A stretch of DNA of 64,000 bases from an uncultured Pseudomonadota bacterium (GTDB lineage: Bacteria; Pseudomonadota; Alphaproteobacteria; RF32; CAG-239), in contig CADAJN010000001.1 in NCBI GenBank assembly GCA_902788365.1, forward strand, positions 26,020 to 90,019, given 5' to 3'. The position numbers and the translations under genes are program-made. The notes below the pieces were generated by a model that saw nothing but the letters and a program-made list of their open reading frames with translations, was not told the origin of the DNA and did not search any database. Shown in pieces: positions 18,850-29,816 of the stretch (its first letter is position 1; each line of letters opens with the position of its first letter).

Positions 18850-21800
18850 AATTTTGATTATACCATTCTTTCATTGAATTCGGGCTCAAAATAGACAGTG
18901 AATTGATGTCAATTTCGGCATTATCCGCCGGACCTTCAATTTTGTAATCTGCCGCAAATATCGTGCCGTCTTTACTGGCCAGCAAATTACCAACCACCGG
19001 AATTTTACCGAGTAGCCTGTTCAAACTGTAAGCCGGTGCGATAGCTCCGCTGATTTTAATATCATCTGTGGCGCGATTATAAGTGCCGTACGCCGTCAAC
19101 CCCAAAACGTTTCCTTCGGCTTTCGCATGCTTAAGACGCAATATCTGATATTGATATTCAAACGGCGCACTGCTGTGCGTAAATGTCAAACCGTCACCTT
19201 TAAGTAAATCTAACATACCGGTTAATGAGGCCACCGACAAAAGCTGAGCCATTACCGGCGCATTGTGAATACTGAAATCGCGTATTGCCGCATGACCGAT
19301 AAATTTTTTATTTTTATCGCGGCGCGCTTCAATTTTTAAGTTTCCCCCCACCATATTATCATATAAGTGCAAAACTTTGAGTGTGCTTCCGGCGTTATTA
19401 CTGTCAATTGACAGATAGTGTTCATGATTATCTCTCGGCGTATAATCCACATTCACTTTGATTGATTTATCTATACCGAAATTTCCAACCATATGCAATT
19501 CGTCTAACCCAATACCGTGGCGCAATTTCACACTGCCGGCAAAATTTTGTATCGGTGTGCTTTGATTGGTCCATAAACTGCCGACGGTCATAAATATATC
19601 GGTGTTATTAACTTTTTCAAGTCCATCGTCTTCATTTTCCTGCAGCGGCGATGTCGGCTTTTGTGTCGGCTCGTCTTTTTGCTCAAACAGCGGCATTAAA
19701 TTATAGCTGTTACCGGAAATTTCAACTTTAATGGTCGGCGTATCCGCATCAGTTAAATTGATTTTTGCCCGTGCTGAAGTTTTCGGCGCACTTATATCGC
19801 TGATTTCAATCAACTTCACGCGTCCGCTCGGATATGCACTGATATTACCTTTCATGGTCCAACCGGCCTTAATCAGATTAAAATTCGGCACCGCCAACAA
19901 TTTTTTATTTTTCATTTGCAACTTCACATTAGCCGTTGCCGCCTGCCCTTTATCTTTCACCAAACCCAAATAAGCATAATCCAATTTTGCCTGTTGCAGA
20001 TCAGCCTGAATATCCACATCAATCAAATCATCATTTTTTACCACTACATCAGCCTGAATATCTATATTTCCTTCCAAGCTCGGTGCATCTAAAATTGCCC
20101 AATCCAATCCCAATTCTTTTTTGACGGCATCATCTAACATTAATGCAATGTGACACTTACTCTGATAGTCTTTGGCTGCAAATTTTTCATCTATTTGAAA
20201 TTGCACCGGAATTTTATCAAATAGCGCATTTCCTGCCAAATTCCATCCGACAGAACTAACTTTCAGTTTCATCTTATCGGCGGTAATTTGATGATTTTCC
20301 ACCAATTTGCTGCTCGCCACATTATGTAAATCGGCATCCACCTTAACCTTAATATCTTTAGCATCTAAATCCTGCCGCAGTTCAAAATCCAATTTTAAGC
20401 GCACATCAACCTGCCCACTGATATCTTGCGGCTTGATCCCCATATCACGCGCAAAATACAACGGCGGATTATCTATAAGCGCGAGAGCATCTGCCATTTT
20501 GGCATTACCTTTCAAATCAATGGTAATATAGTTGCGATCTTTGTTCAAATCGTATATATCAACTTTTCCGCCGCTGATTATCACGCCGTCGCTTACACCT
20601 TTGTCTATATCTATCAAAATGTTACGGGCAGAAAAATGTGCCGTGCCGTAAACATGATGCACCACCGGCATACCTTCCAAATAAAACAAATCCACATCCT
20701 CAAGTTTTCCGGTGCCTTTGAGTTGCAACAGCCCCCATGAATCGGTCTTTTTATCATAGCCGAAATCAAATACAAAATCGGCTTTTTGCACCATACCGCC
20801 GGTGAGTCCGTCTTTACACCATTGCCATGCCGGCTCGGCAATATAGCGTGGCCAAAAACGTGACAATTCACTAAACGGAAACTGAGGCACTTTGGCCGTC
20901 CACCGCACCACAAAATCTTTAAGCGAATTTTCCAAAAAATAGGTTTCAAATCCGCTGGCCTGCAAACTGATTAGGGCTTCTTGTCCCCCCATCTTCAAGC
21001 GGGCTTCGTTAATATGAATCTCATCTATACCGCCGGTAATTTCTCCGACCAGCGACATTTTATCTATGTCATAATTATATTTTTCTTCGCCGTTGAAAGA
21101 AATGAACCCTTTGTCACCGTCCAGCTCAAATTTAATATATTCAATCGCTTCACTCAAGTAATCGGCCGCTTCTTCGGTGTGTTGCAACATACCCGCCAAC
21201 TGCACAGATGTGCTGATTTTCCCGTTAACCGGCACTTCTACTCCCAACATGGAAAGCATATTATCTTCCGTGGTTTCATTAAACGTGCTCATAATATCCG
21301 ATAAAACCAAATCCGAAAAATATACCTCCACATCCAGCTTATCCGAACTGGCATGATATTCGCTGTCCACGCCAACCGAAGCGATTTTGCCGTTAATATC
21401 AACCAGAGCCCCTGCATTTACCTGCATATTGATTAAATTGCGCGTAAATTCAAAATTCAAATCCGACATCAGCCAATCGCGTCCTAATTCCACTTCGTGA
21501 AATTCAACATTAGCATTCACAATCTTAATGCTGTTTACAAAACTTTCCGGATAAATACGATCAGGCGCATTATATTTGAGCAAAAAATCTTTAAATTGCT
21601 CGGCATAAAACTGCAGTTTTTTCTTATTGATTTCCTTACCGCTATCTTCTGTTACCCCATATTTGGCGTTAATGACGACCATAGCATCTTTAACTTCCAC
21701 ATCGCTCGGCGCCACAATTCCTTTCAGCAGCGCCCGCAAGCTGAATGACATATACAGTTTTGGCGCATTCACGGCAAAACTATCATCTTTTTTGCGCACC

Positions 21801-22051
21801 TCTATATCTTGTGCCGTCACGCGAATCGGCTGTATTGAGCGCACTAATTCAATATTTACATCGCCGATACCGATTTGATATTCGCTTTCATCATAATTAA
21901 GTGCCTGAATGATATACGGTTTCAAATACGGCACGGCAATCGGCCCGCGATAAAGGGTCCACAGTGTTAAAAGCAAAACCAGCAACATACCGATGCCGAA
22001 AAAACGGAACATCTTGCGAAAGAAATAGGCTTGTTGCGAAATTTTTTTCAT
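18824..22051 (-). CDS. AsmA-family / YhdP-like (DUF3971) envelope biogenesis protein
   Basis: N-terminal TM helix, 1075 aa, beta-rich repetitive body and an AsmA-like C-terminal region. Confidence 0.55.
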   Translation of the reverse strand: MKKISQQAYFFRKMFRFFGIGMLLVLLLTLWTLYRGPIAVPYLKPYIIQALNYDESEYQIGIGDVNIELVRSIQPIRVTAQDIEVRKKDDSFAVNAPKLYMSFSLRALLKGIVAPSDVEVKDAMVVINAKYGVTEDSGKEINKKKLQFYAEQFKDFLLKYNAPDRIYPESFVNSIKIVNANVEFHEVELGRDWLMSDLNFEFTRNLINMQVNAGALVDINGKIASVGVDSEYHASSDKLDVEVYFSDLVLSDIMSTFNETTEDNMLSMLGVEVPVNGKISTSVQLAGMLQHTEEAADYLSEAIEYIKFELDGDKGFISFNGEEKYNYDIDKMSLVGEITGGIDEIHINEARLKMGGQEALISLQASGFETYFLENSLKDFVVRWTAKVPQFPFSELSRFWPRYIAEPAWQWCKDGLTGGMVQKADFVFDFGYDKKTDSWGLLQLKGTGKLEDVDLFYLEGMPVVHHVYGTAHFSARNILIDIDKGVSDGVIISGGKVDIYDLNKDRNYITIDLKGNAKMADALALIDNPPLYFARDMGIKPQDISGQVDVRLKLDFELRQDLDAKDIKVKVDADLHNVASSKLVENHQITADKMKLKVSSVGWNLAGNALFDKIPVQFQIDEKFAAKDYQSKCHIALMLDDAVKKELGLDWAILDAPSLEGNIDIQADVVVKNDDLIDVDIQADLQQAKLDYAYLGLVKDKGQAATANVKLQMKNKKLLAVPNFNLIKAGWTMKGNISAYPSGRVKLIEISDISAPKTSARAKINLTDADTPTIKVEISGNSYNLMPLFEQKDEPTQKPTSPLQENEDDGLEKVNNTDIFMTVGSLWTNQSTPIQNFAGSVKLRHGIGLDELHMVGNFGIDKSIKVNVDYTPRDNHEHYLSIDSNNAGSTLKVLHLYDNMVGGNLKIEARRDKNKKFIGHAAIRDFSIHNAPVMAQLLSVASLTGMLDLLKGDGLTFTHSSAPFEYQYQILRLKHAKAEGNVLGLTAYGTYNRATDDIKISGAIAPAYSLNRLLGKIPVVGNLLASKDGTIFAADYKIEGPADNAEIDINSLSILSPNSMKEWYNQNFGGEDEAW

Positions 22052-22062
22052 TGTGTTTCCTT

Positions 22063-23194
22063 TTACCTTTGGCCGTCCTTCTGGTTTATACTGTCATCTT
22101 TTATTTTCTGTGCCAATGCCGCCGATAAGAACAAATCAATGTCTCCGTCAAGCACTGCTTTACAGTCGCTGGTTTCGACCTCGGTGCGCAAATCTTTCAC
22201 CAACCGATAAGGCTGCAAAACATACGAGCGTATTTGATATCCCCAACCGTTATCGCCCTGATTATCGCGCACTGCTTGCGCCGCATCGGCTTTTTTTTGC
22301 ATTTCCATTTCATATAACCGTGCGCGCAACATTTTCCAACAATTATCACGGTTTTGAAATTGCGAGCGTTGGGTTTGGCTTGAAACCACAATACCTGTCG
22401 GAATATGAGTAATACGCACAGCCGAATCGGTTTTGTTGATATGCTGACCGCCGGCACCGGAAGCACGATATGTATCAATTCGGCAATCGGCCGGATTGAT
22501 TTCTATCTGCACCGTATCATCAATATCCGGATAAACCCCGACCGAGGCAAAACTGGTGTGCCGTCTGGCGTTACTGTCAAACGGAGAAATACGCACCAAC
22601 CGATGCACCCCGCTTTCCGATTTCAGCCAACCATAAGCATTTTTACCGCAAATTTTAATTGTTGCCGACTTCATCCCGGCCACATCACCTTCGGTTTCTT
22701 CAATAATTTCCACTTTATAGTGATGATTTTCAGCCCACCGTTCATACATTCTAAGCAACATTTGCGCCCAGTCCATAGCTTCGGTGCCACCACTGCCGGC
22801 GTGCACTTCCAAATATGCATCATTGGCATCGGCCTCACCTGACAAAAGCGATTCCAGCTCGGCATATTTAACTTGTTGTTGCAATGCTGTCATATTTTTC
22901 AGCAACTCGTCTAACATGGTCTCATCTTCAGTGCTTTCGGCAAATTCAATCATCTCAACGTAATCTTTTAAGGTTGCAACAAAGTTGTCATATTGTTGCA
23001 ATTTGCTCTCTAAATTATTGCGCTCACTGAGTAATTTTTGTGCGTTTTCCGGATTATCCCATAACTTTTCATCAGCACACAATGCCGTCAATTCGGCCAA
23101 ACGCAACAGCGCTTGGTCATAGTCAAAGATACCTCCTGAGCAAACCTAAAGACTGCTCTATTTCGCTGTTCAAATTATAAAAATCCGCGCGCAT
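22063..23194 (-). CDS. prfB: peptide chain release factor 2 with programmed +1 frameshift
   Basis: ATG at 23194, then 24 codons ending …AGG AGG TAT CTT TGA C (classic prfB shift site, TGA at 23122-23120). Downstream frame contains the SPF and GGQ-region RF2 sequence. Confidence 0.85.
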
Positions 23195-25605
23195 TAGTAT
23201 TCGCCTCCCATTTGAATGCTGCTGCCTTCGGCACCGACCACCACCGAATCGTCGCCGCCGATAACTCTTTGCCGATTATAAAAATCAAAATCCGGCTTTA
23301 AGGCTTCAATAATTACCGTAGGATCCGACGGCGATGACGGTTTACCGGTTTGCGGATTTACCCGCACCAATTTAATACCTGCCGGAATACGGAAGTTCGT
23401 ATTCGGTGTATCTTTTAGGGCTTCCTGCATAAAATCATAAAAAATCGGCAAAGCCGCATGTGCACCGGTTTCAATGCGTCCCAAACTTTCCGGTTCATCA
23501 AACCCAACATAAACACCTGCCACCAAATCCGGTGAAAAGCCGACAAACCAAGCATCTTTGGTTTCATTTGTGGTGCCGGTTTTTCCGGCTACATGGCGAT
23601 GCAATCCGTTCAAACGTGCACCGGTACCGCGCACCGCCACACCTTCCAAAATTGAAGTCATCTGATAGGCCGATAACGGGTCCACAATTTGCTCACGCAC
23701 CACATTAAAGTCAGGCGCCGGCTGATTTTCCCACTTATCCGCCACACATTCCGGACACGGCGTTTGCTCGTGCTTATAAATTGTTTTGCCTTTGCGGTCT
23801 TGAATACGCTCAATCATATACGGTGGCACTTTTTTGCCTCCGTTGACAATCACACAATATGCGCTGACCATGTTAATCACACGCGTATCGGCCGCACCCA
23901 AAGATGATGATAAATACGGCGGCAAATGGTCATTCACGCCGGTGCGACGAGCAATTTCCACCACTTTATCCATGCCGATATCCTGTGCTAAACGCACGGT
24001 CATCAAGTTTTTAGACAACTCCACACCGCGCCGCAACGTCATCAAACCATAAAACTTTTTAGAAAAGTTTACCGGTTTCCATTTTGGCAACCCTTCGCCT
24101 TGATCCAATACAAACGGCGCGTCCAATATCAAATCGGTCGGCGAATAACCGTTTTCAAGTGCCGCTAAATACACAAACGGCTTAAAGCTGGAACCGGTTT
24201 GCCGATACGCTTGCGTCGCGCGGTTAAATTGCGACTTGGCAAAAGAAAAACCGCCGACCAAGGCCAAAACCTTACCGGTATGCGGATCCATCACCGCCAT
24301 ACCGCCTTCCACCGTCGGAATCTGTTTTAACCAAAACACGTCTTCTTTGCCTTTAGCGCCGTTTTTCTCCACATAAATCACATCACCCTTTTGCAAAACC
24401 TGCGCCATATCACTCGGCACCGGCCCCATATCTTTGCCTTTTTCGTTGTGACGTGCCCACTTTGTATCAGCAAGTAAAATACGGCCATTTTCACCCTCAA
24501 CGGTTTCTATTTTTGCCTTATCTTTTGCCACTTCAAGCACAACGGCTTTTTGCCAATTCGGTTCGGCACCACCGACTAATTTAGTGTTTTTCAGGCTTTC
24601 TTTGTAATTGTCATTAAGCTCAATTTTCGCCGTTGCACCGCGCCAACCATGGCGTTTATCATATTCCAACAAACCTTTACGAAAAGCGCGTGTGGCAATG
24701 CTTTGCAGCCTTGGGTCAATCGTTGTTCGCACAATCAAACCACCCTGATATAATGCCTCATCACCAAAATTACGACTGATGGTGCGCCGCACTTCTTCAC
24801 TATAATATTCCGTATCCGGCAAAAAACCGCTTTTGCGTTCCACCACAACCAACGGTTTTTGCTTGGCTTCTTCACCCTCTTGCTGAGTAGCATATCCGTC
24901 TGCCACCATGCGGTCAATTACCCAATTACGGCGTGCCACGGCAGCGTCATAATGTGTTTTCGGATTATAATTGTTCGGCCCCTTCGGTAACGATGCCAAA
25001 TAGGCAACCTCTTCAAGTGTCAACTCATCAAGCGCCTTACCGAAATAGTTAATGGCAGCGGCCGCCACACCATAAGCACGATTACCCAAATAAATTTCAT
25101 TCAAATATAATTCCAGCACATGCTCTTTAGAAAAAGCTTTATTGATGCGGCGCGCCAAAATCGCTTCTTTGAGCTTACGCGTATATGAAACTTCCGAGCT
25201 CAACAAAAAGTTTTTTGCCACTTGCTGAGTAATGGTTGAAGCACCTGCCGGTCGTTTACCTTTTCCCATGTTGCGCAAATTGCCGATTGCAGCACGAATA
25301 ATACCCAAATAATCAATACCGGCGTGTTTATAAAAATGTTTATCTTCAGCGGCAATAAAGGCATTTTTAACCAAATCCGGAATCATTTCAATCGGCACAA
25401 ACAAACGTTTTTCAGCGGCATATTCCATCATCACCTGCCCGTCACCGGCAAACAAACGCGTTGTTACCGGCGGCTCATATACTGCGAGCTGATGATAATC
25501 CGGAATAGTGATATTGATGCGGTTTATGCCGTAAATAATACCAATTACAACCACAATCAAAAAAAACAGTGCCATACTGGCCATATAGGTTAAAAATCTA
25601 AACAT
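23194..25605 (-). CDS. mrcA: penicillin-binding protein 1A (bifunctional transglycosylase/transpeptidase)
   Basis: N-terminal TM, EDKHFYKHAGID transglycosylase motif, SSFKP transpeptidase motif. Its stop overlaps the prfB start (TAATG). Confidence 0.85.
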   Translation of the reverse strand: MFRFLTYMASMALFFLIVVVIGIIYGINRINITIPDYHQLAVYEPPVTTRLFAGDGQVMMEYAAEKRLFVPIEMIPDLVKNAFIAAEDKHFYKHAGIDYLGIIRAAIGNLRNMGKGKRPAGASTITQQVAKNFLLSSEVSYTRKLKEAILARRINKAFSKEHVLELYLNEIYLGNRAYGVAAAAINYFGKALDELTLEEVAYLASLPKGPNNYNPKTHYDAAVARRNWVIDRMVADGYATQQEGEEAKQKPLVVVERKSGFLPDTEYYSEEVRRTISRNFGDEALYQGGLIVRTTIDPRLQSIATRAFRKGLLEYDKRHGWRGATAKIELNDNYKESLKNTKLVGGAEPNWQKAVVLEVAKDKAKIETVEGENGRILLADTKWARHNEKGKDMGPVPSDMAQVLQKGDVIYVEKNGAKGKEDVFWLKQIPTVEGGMAVMDPHTGKVLALVGGFSFAKSQFNRATQAYRQTGSSFKPFVYLAALENGYSPTDLILDAPFVLDQGEGLPKWKPVNFSKKFYGLMTLRRGVELSKNLMTVRLAQDIGMDKVVEIARRTGVNDHLPPYLSSSLGAADTRVINMVSAYCVIVNGGKKVPPYMIERIQDRKGKTIYKHEQTPCPECVADKWENQPAPDFNVVREQIVDPLSAYQMTSILEGVAVRGTGARLNGLHRHVAGKTGTTNETKDAWFVGFSPDLVAGVYVGFDEPESLGRIETGAHAALPIFYDFMQEALKDTPNTNFRIPAGIKLVRVNPQTGKPSSPSDPTVIIEALKPDFDFYNRQRVIGGDDSVVVGAEGSSIQMGGEY

Positions 25606-25694
25606 TTAGTTCCACTTTTTGACTTCAAATTATTATTTTGTTTCAATATTATATTGAAATGTATTACAATCTGCAAAAAATGCAATAAAAATAT

Positions 25695-25730
25695 CTGACA
25701 ATCCACCAGTTGTCAGCGACAGATTTTTCT
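25695..25730 (-). terminator. intrinsic terminator after amidase gene
   Basis: ctgacaa/ttgtcag stem followed by a T-rich run on the minus strand. Confidence 0.4.
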
Positions 25731-25739
25731 CTCATAAAA

Positions 25740-26996
25740 TCAGTTAGATGCAATTTCCGGATCGTTAAAATAGCGGTCTATTGCTTTGGCAGCCGATTGC
25801 GCCAACTTACTGCGATACCAAGCTTGACGCAAATTAGCTTCTTCGGTGCGATTAGATAAATAACCCATTTCCAGCAAAACAGACGGAATATCCGGTGCTT
25901 TCAACACGGCAAAACCGGCAAAACGGTGGGTATTTTTAACTAATTTTGTGCATTTAGCCATTTCACCAACCAAATAAGTTGCATATTTTGATGATTTGTT
26001 GCGCGTATCGGTTTGCGAGAGCGAAATCAAAATATCGTTGACTTCTTTGGTATTGCCTCCCAAATCTATACCGCCGATAATATCGGCTTTGTTTTCGCGT
26101 TCGGCCAAAGCCGCCGCTTCTTTATCGGATGCCGTATCGGATAATGTATAAACCGAAAGTCCGGTCGCACTACGGTTTGCTGCGCTGTCGGCGTGAATTG
26201 ACATAAATAAATCAGCCTTATATTTTTGCGCAATTTTAATACGCTGACGAAGCGGAATAAAGATATCGTTATCGCGCGTCAAATAAACTGTATAACCTTT
26301 TTTGCGCAAAATCGTTTGCAGTTCTTTACCCATCGCCAATGTAATATTTTTTTCATAAGTTTTGGCATATGCGCCAATTGCCCCCGGATCTTTGCCGCCA
26401 TGCCCCGGATCAAGCACAATAATGCGCTTACGACTCACTTTTTTCACCGTTTCATTCATTACCGGTTCATCAGATTTAAAGCTGCTCCACCACGAGCTTT
26501 TTGCCGGTTCTTCCTGTGGTAAAAAATTCTGATTATTGGTCAGAGCATACTGGTTGCCGGTTTTACTTTTGAATTGATTATCGGAAACCATCGCCAAATC
26601 TACAACCAAACGCCAATTTTGACCGCTTTGCGGCGGAATTAAAAATGCTTTTTTCACCACCGCGGTGCGTGATAAATCAATCACAATGCGCTTGTCATTG
26701 CCTTGCATTTTACCGACACGTGTGCCGGAAACCACCTGATTTTTGGCTTGCGTATAAAGTTTATCAATGTTCGAATCGGCCAAATCAATCACGGCACGTT
26801 TCGGATTATCCAGCAAAAACACACGGTAATTTACTTTACCGTCTAAATCAAACACCACACGCGCACCGTCCGGCTGATTACCTAAACGCATATTTTTAAC
26901 ATTTACCGCTGCAAATGCGGCATTATGCCATAATGCCAATGCACAAAACAGTAAACTTAAAAAATAAAAACAGCGTCTAAAAAATTGTTTTTGCAT
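25740..26996 (-). CDS. amiC: N-acetylmuramoyl-L-alanine amidase (AmiC-like, AMIN domain + Amidase_3)
   Basis: Signal peptide, AMIN-like N-domain, and C-terminal amidase_3 motifs (DPGHGG, SIHAD). Confidence 0.8.
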   Translation of the reverse strand: MQKQFFRRCFYFLSLLFCALALWHNAAFAAVNVKNMRLGNQPDGARVVFDLDGKVNYRVFLLDNPKRAVIDLADSNIDKLYTQAKNQVVSGTRVGKMQGNDKRIVIDLSRTAVVKKAFLIPPQSGQNWRLVVDLAMVSDNQFKSKTGNQYALTNNQNFLPQEEPAKSSWWSSFKSDEPVMNETVKKVSRKRIIVLDPGHGGKDPGAIGAYAKTYEKNITLAMGKELQTILRKKGYTVYLTRDNDIFIPLRQRIKIAQKYKADLFMSIHADSAANRSATGLSVYTLSDTASDKEAAALAERENKADIIGGIDLGGNTKEVNDILISLSQTDTRNKSSKYATYLVGEMAKCTKLVKNTHRFAGFAVLKAPDIPSVLLEMGYLSNRTEEANLRQAWYRSKLAQSAAKAIDRYFNDPEIASN

Positions 26997-27425
26997 TATA
27001 TTTTACTCATAATCTTCTTTTACGAGCGTTATTATAAAGCACACTTATTACCATTAGGTTAATTATCGGTTTTAAAAAAATTGAATTACTGAAAATTATT
27101 TATTGTTTTTTTAATTTTATTTAGTATGCTATGAACGATTACCGGTTGAAATTTGTTTTTCAAATAGTGAGTCGTATGTAAAATAAAAACAATTTCAAAC
27201 GGCAAACGATGAGATAACGTTTGGGGAAAGATAATCTGGCGCAGTCAACTTTTAATAAGTAAGAAGAAAAAACAAAGCAGACCCGCCGCTTTAAAAACCG
27301 CGCAACCGCAAAAGTTTTGTATGCGATTGTTTCTATTATGGGCAGAATTTGCCTTTTTATGATGTTTTTAAATTATCCTCCCCGCAAAAATCAGCTCGCA
27401 CACGAGCTTTTATATGGGGTTTATG
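26997..27425. promoter_or_regulatory. divergent promoter region and long rne 5' leader
   Basis: About 430 bp AT-rich spacer between divergent amiC and rne. RNase E genes typically carry long autoregulatory leaders. Confidence 0.35.
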
Positions 27426-29816
27426 ATGACAAAAAGAATGTTAATTGATGACACACAACCGGAAGAAACTCGGGTTGTGATTGTTGATGGTAACAAAGTT
27501 GAAGATGTGGAATTTGAATCATCTTCACGCAAACAAATCAAAGGTAATATATACTTAGCCAAAGTTATTCGCATTGAACCGTCTTTACAGGCCGCTTTCA
27601 TTGATTACGGCGGCAACAAACACGGCTTTTTGGCGTTTAATGAAATTCATCCGGACTATTATAATGTTTCCGATGAAATTTTACAGGAAGTTGATGCCGA
27701 AGTTGATGAAATTATCAACGGTAAAATCAAATATTTAAAGGAACGCGAGGCTGAACGCGCACGCTATAAAGCCGAAAAAGAGGCCAAAGAAGCGCAGCGT
27801 CGTTTAGAAGCCGAACAAGCGCAAGAAATTGAAGAAGCGCAATTAGAACCGGCACAAAACGTTATTCCGGAAAATGATGATTATTTGCAAGACAATGAAA
27901 CGGCGCAACCGACCGAAAATCCGAATAATGAATCGACTGAAGCCACCCAACCGGCAGAATCCACCGCATCGCAATCCGATGTAAACGCCACTCCTGCCGA
28001 CTATTTAAGCGCCGAAGATGCGCAAAAGTTGCAACAGCAAATTGAAAGCGTTATCAGTGGCGGCGAGCCGACAGGTTCGGCCGATGAAGTCGGCAGTAGC
28101 GGCAAAAAGCGCCGTCACACCACACGCCGACCGCGCGACCGCAAAAAAGCACCAAAAACCATGGCCGACAGCATCGGTTTAGATGATGAAACGCTGGAAG
28201 AAGAAGTTGCCGATGTTGACGGCGATGACGACGATGAAGATGAAGATACCGCCGGTTCAACTTATAATTTTGATGTTCAACGTAAACTGTTAAAAGCGCG
28301 CAAACTGTTTCATCGCAGCACCATTCAAGACGTCATTAAAGAAGGACAGACCCTTTTAATTCAAATTGTTAAAGAAGAACGCGGCAACAAGGGCGCTGCC
28401 TGCACCACATATATTTCGCTGGCCGGACGTTATTGTGTGTTGATGCCGAATCGCATTAAAAGCGGTGGTGTCAGCCGTAAAATTACCAATGCCAGTGACC
28501 GCAAGCGGCTTAAAGCAATCCTTAAAGATTTACCGTTGCACCAAGATATGTCATTGATTGTGCGCACCGCCGGCGAAGACAAAACTAAAGCCGATATCGT
28601 GCGCGATTACAATTACTTAATCCGCACTTGGAATGCCATTCGTTTCGGTGCTTTGCGCACACCTGCACCGGCCATTATTTATGAAGAAGGCGATTTGATT
28701 AAGCGTGCCTTGCGCGATATGTATACAAAAGACATTTCTGAAGTAATTATTGACGGCGATGAAGCCTATCAAACCGCGCGCAATTTTGTAAAAATTTTAT
28801 CACCGCATCATGTGCGTAACATTAAATGCCGCAAACCGGATGAATTGCCGGTATTCCAACGTTTTCAGGTTGAAGCTCAGCTTGATAAACTGCATAACCC
28901 GATTGTTCAGCTTGAATCCGGCGGATATTTGGTAATTAACCCGACCGAAGCACTCGTTTCCATTGATGTTAACTCCGGCCGCGCCACCAAAGAAAAAGAT
29001 ATTGAAGAAACCGCACTCAAAACCAATCTGGAAGCAGCCGATGAAATTGCTAAACAACTGAAAATGCGCGATTTGGCCGGATTGATTGTGGTTGACTTTA
29101 TTGATATGTATGAACCGCAAAACAATGTGGCGATTGAACGACGCATGAAAGAAGCCATGAAAAATGACCGCGCCCGTGTGCAAATCGCTAAAATGAGTAT
29201 TTTCGGTTTGCTGGAAATTTCGCGTCAACGTATGCATTCGTCGTTTATGGAAAGCAATTACGAAGCTTGCCCGTATTGCCACGGCCGCGGCTGGACCAGA
29301 ACCATTGAATCGGGAGCAACTCTGGTTCTGCGTGCGCTTGAGGCCGAATGTGTGCGTAATCGCGAGATGAAGTTTACCGTCAGCGTGCCGACTGAAATTG
29401 CCGCCTATCTGCTTAACCAAAAGCGTAAACAGCTGACAGCTTTGGAAGACACCTTTGCCGCCCGTATTATCGTTGCCGGTAATTCGGAAATGCATGAGGC
29501 TTCCGAATTCAAAATTGAGCGTGAAAAATTACCGCAGACCAGAGTAGCGGTTGCTGATACGGCTACCACTTGCTATGAAGAAGAAAATGTGACCTACGAG
29601 GAACCGGATGAAGAAGCCGACAGTGCTGAAGAATATGCCGCAGAAGAAAACGATAACAGCTATAGCAACCGCCGTTACGGCGGGCGCAGTCGGCGTTTTC
29701 GTCGCTCCGGAAATGGTCGCCGCACCGATTATAGCAGCCGCAACAAATCCGCCGGCAACGAATCGACACCGGCTCCATCGGAGAAAAAGTCATGGTGGAA
29801 ACGTTTACTCGGCTAA
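27426..29816 (+). CDS. rne: ribonuclease E
   Basis: MTKRMLID…IYLAKVIRIEPSLQAAFIDYG S1 domain, CPYCHGRG Zn-link, and an acidic/Arg-rich C-terminal scaffold. Confidence 0.85.
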   Translation: MTKRMLIDDTQPEETRVVIVDGNKVEDVEFESSSRKQIKGNIYLAKVIRIEPSLQAAFIDYGGNKHGFLAFNEIHPDYYNVSDEILQEVDAEVDEIINGKIKYLKEREAERARYKAEKEAKEAQRRLEAEQAQEIEEAQLEPAQNVIPENDDYLQDNETAQPTENPNNESTEATQPAESTASQSDVNATPADYLSAEDAQKLQQQIESVISGGEPTGSADEVGSSGKKRRHTTRRPRDRKKAPKTMADSIGLDDETLEEEVADVDGDDDDEDEDTAGSTYNFDVQRKLLKARKLFHRSTIQDVIKEGQTLLIQIVKEERGNKGAACTTYISLAGRYCVLMPNRIKSGGVSRKITNASDRKRLKAILKDLPLHQDMSLIVRTAGEDKTKADIVRDYNYLIRTWNAIRFGALRTPAPAIIYEEGDLIKRALRDMYTKDISEVIIDGDEAYQTARNFVKILSPHHVRNIKCRKPDELPVFQRFQVEAQLDKLHNPIVQLESGGYLVINPTEALVSIDVNSGRATKEKDIEETALKTNLEAADEIAKQLKMRDLAGLIVVDFIDMYEPQNNVAIERRMKEAMKNDRARVQIAKMSIFGLLEISRQRMHSSFMESNYEACPYCHGRGWTRTIESGATLVLRALEAECVRNREMKFTVSVPTEIAAYLLNQKRKQLTALEDTFAARIIVAGNSEMHEASEFKIEREKLPQTRVAVADTATTCYEEENVTYEEPDEEADSAEEYAAEENDNSYSNRRYGGRSRRFRRSGNGRRTDYSSRNKSAGNESTPAPSEKKSWWKRLLG

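Noticed and set aside
28800-29495. 231-aa minus-strand ORF within rne (and others at 28054-28260, 28907-29158)
   Set aside because: Antisense to the conserved RNase E catalytic region. The His/Phe-rich odd composition is typical of shadow ORFs.
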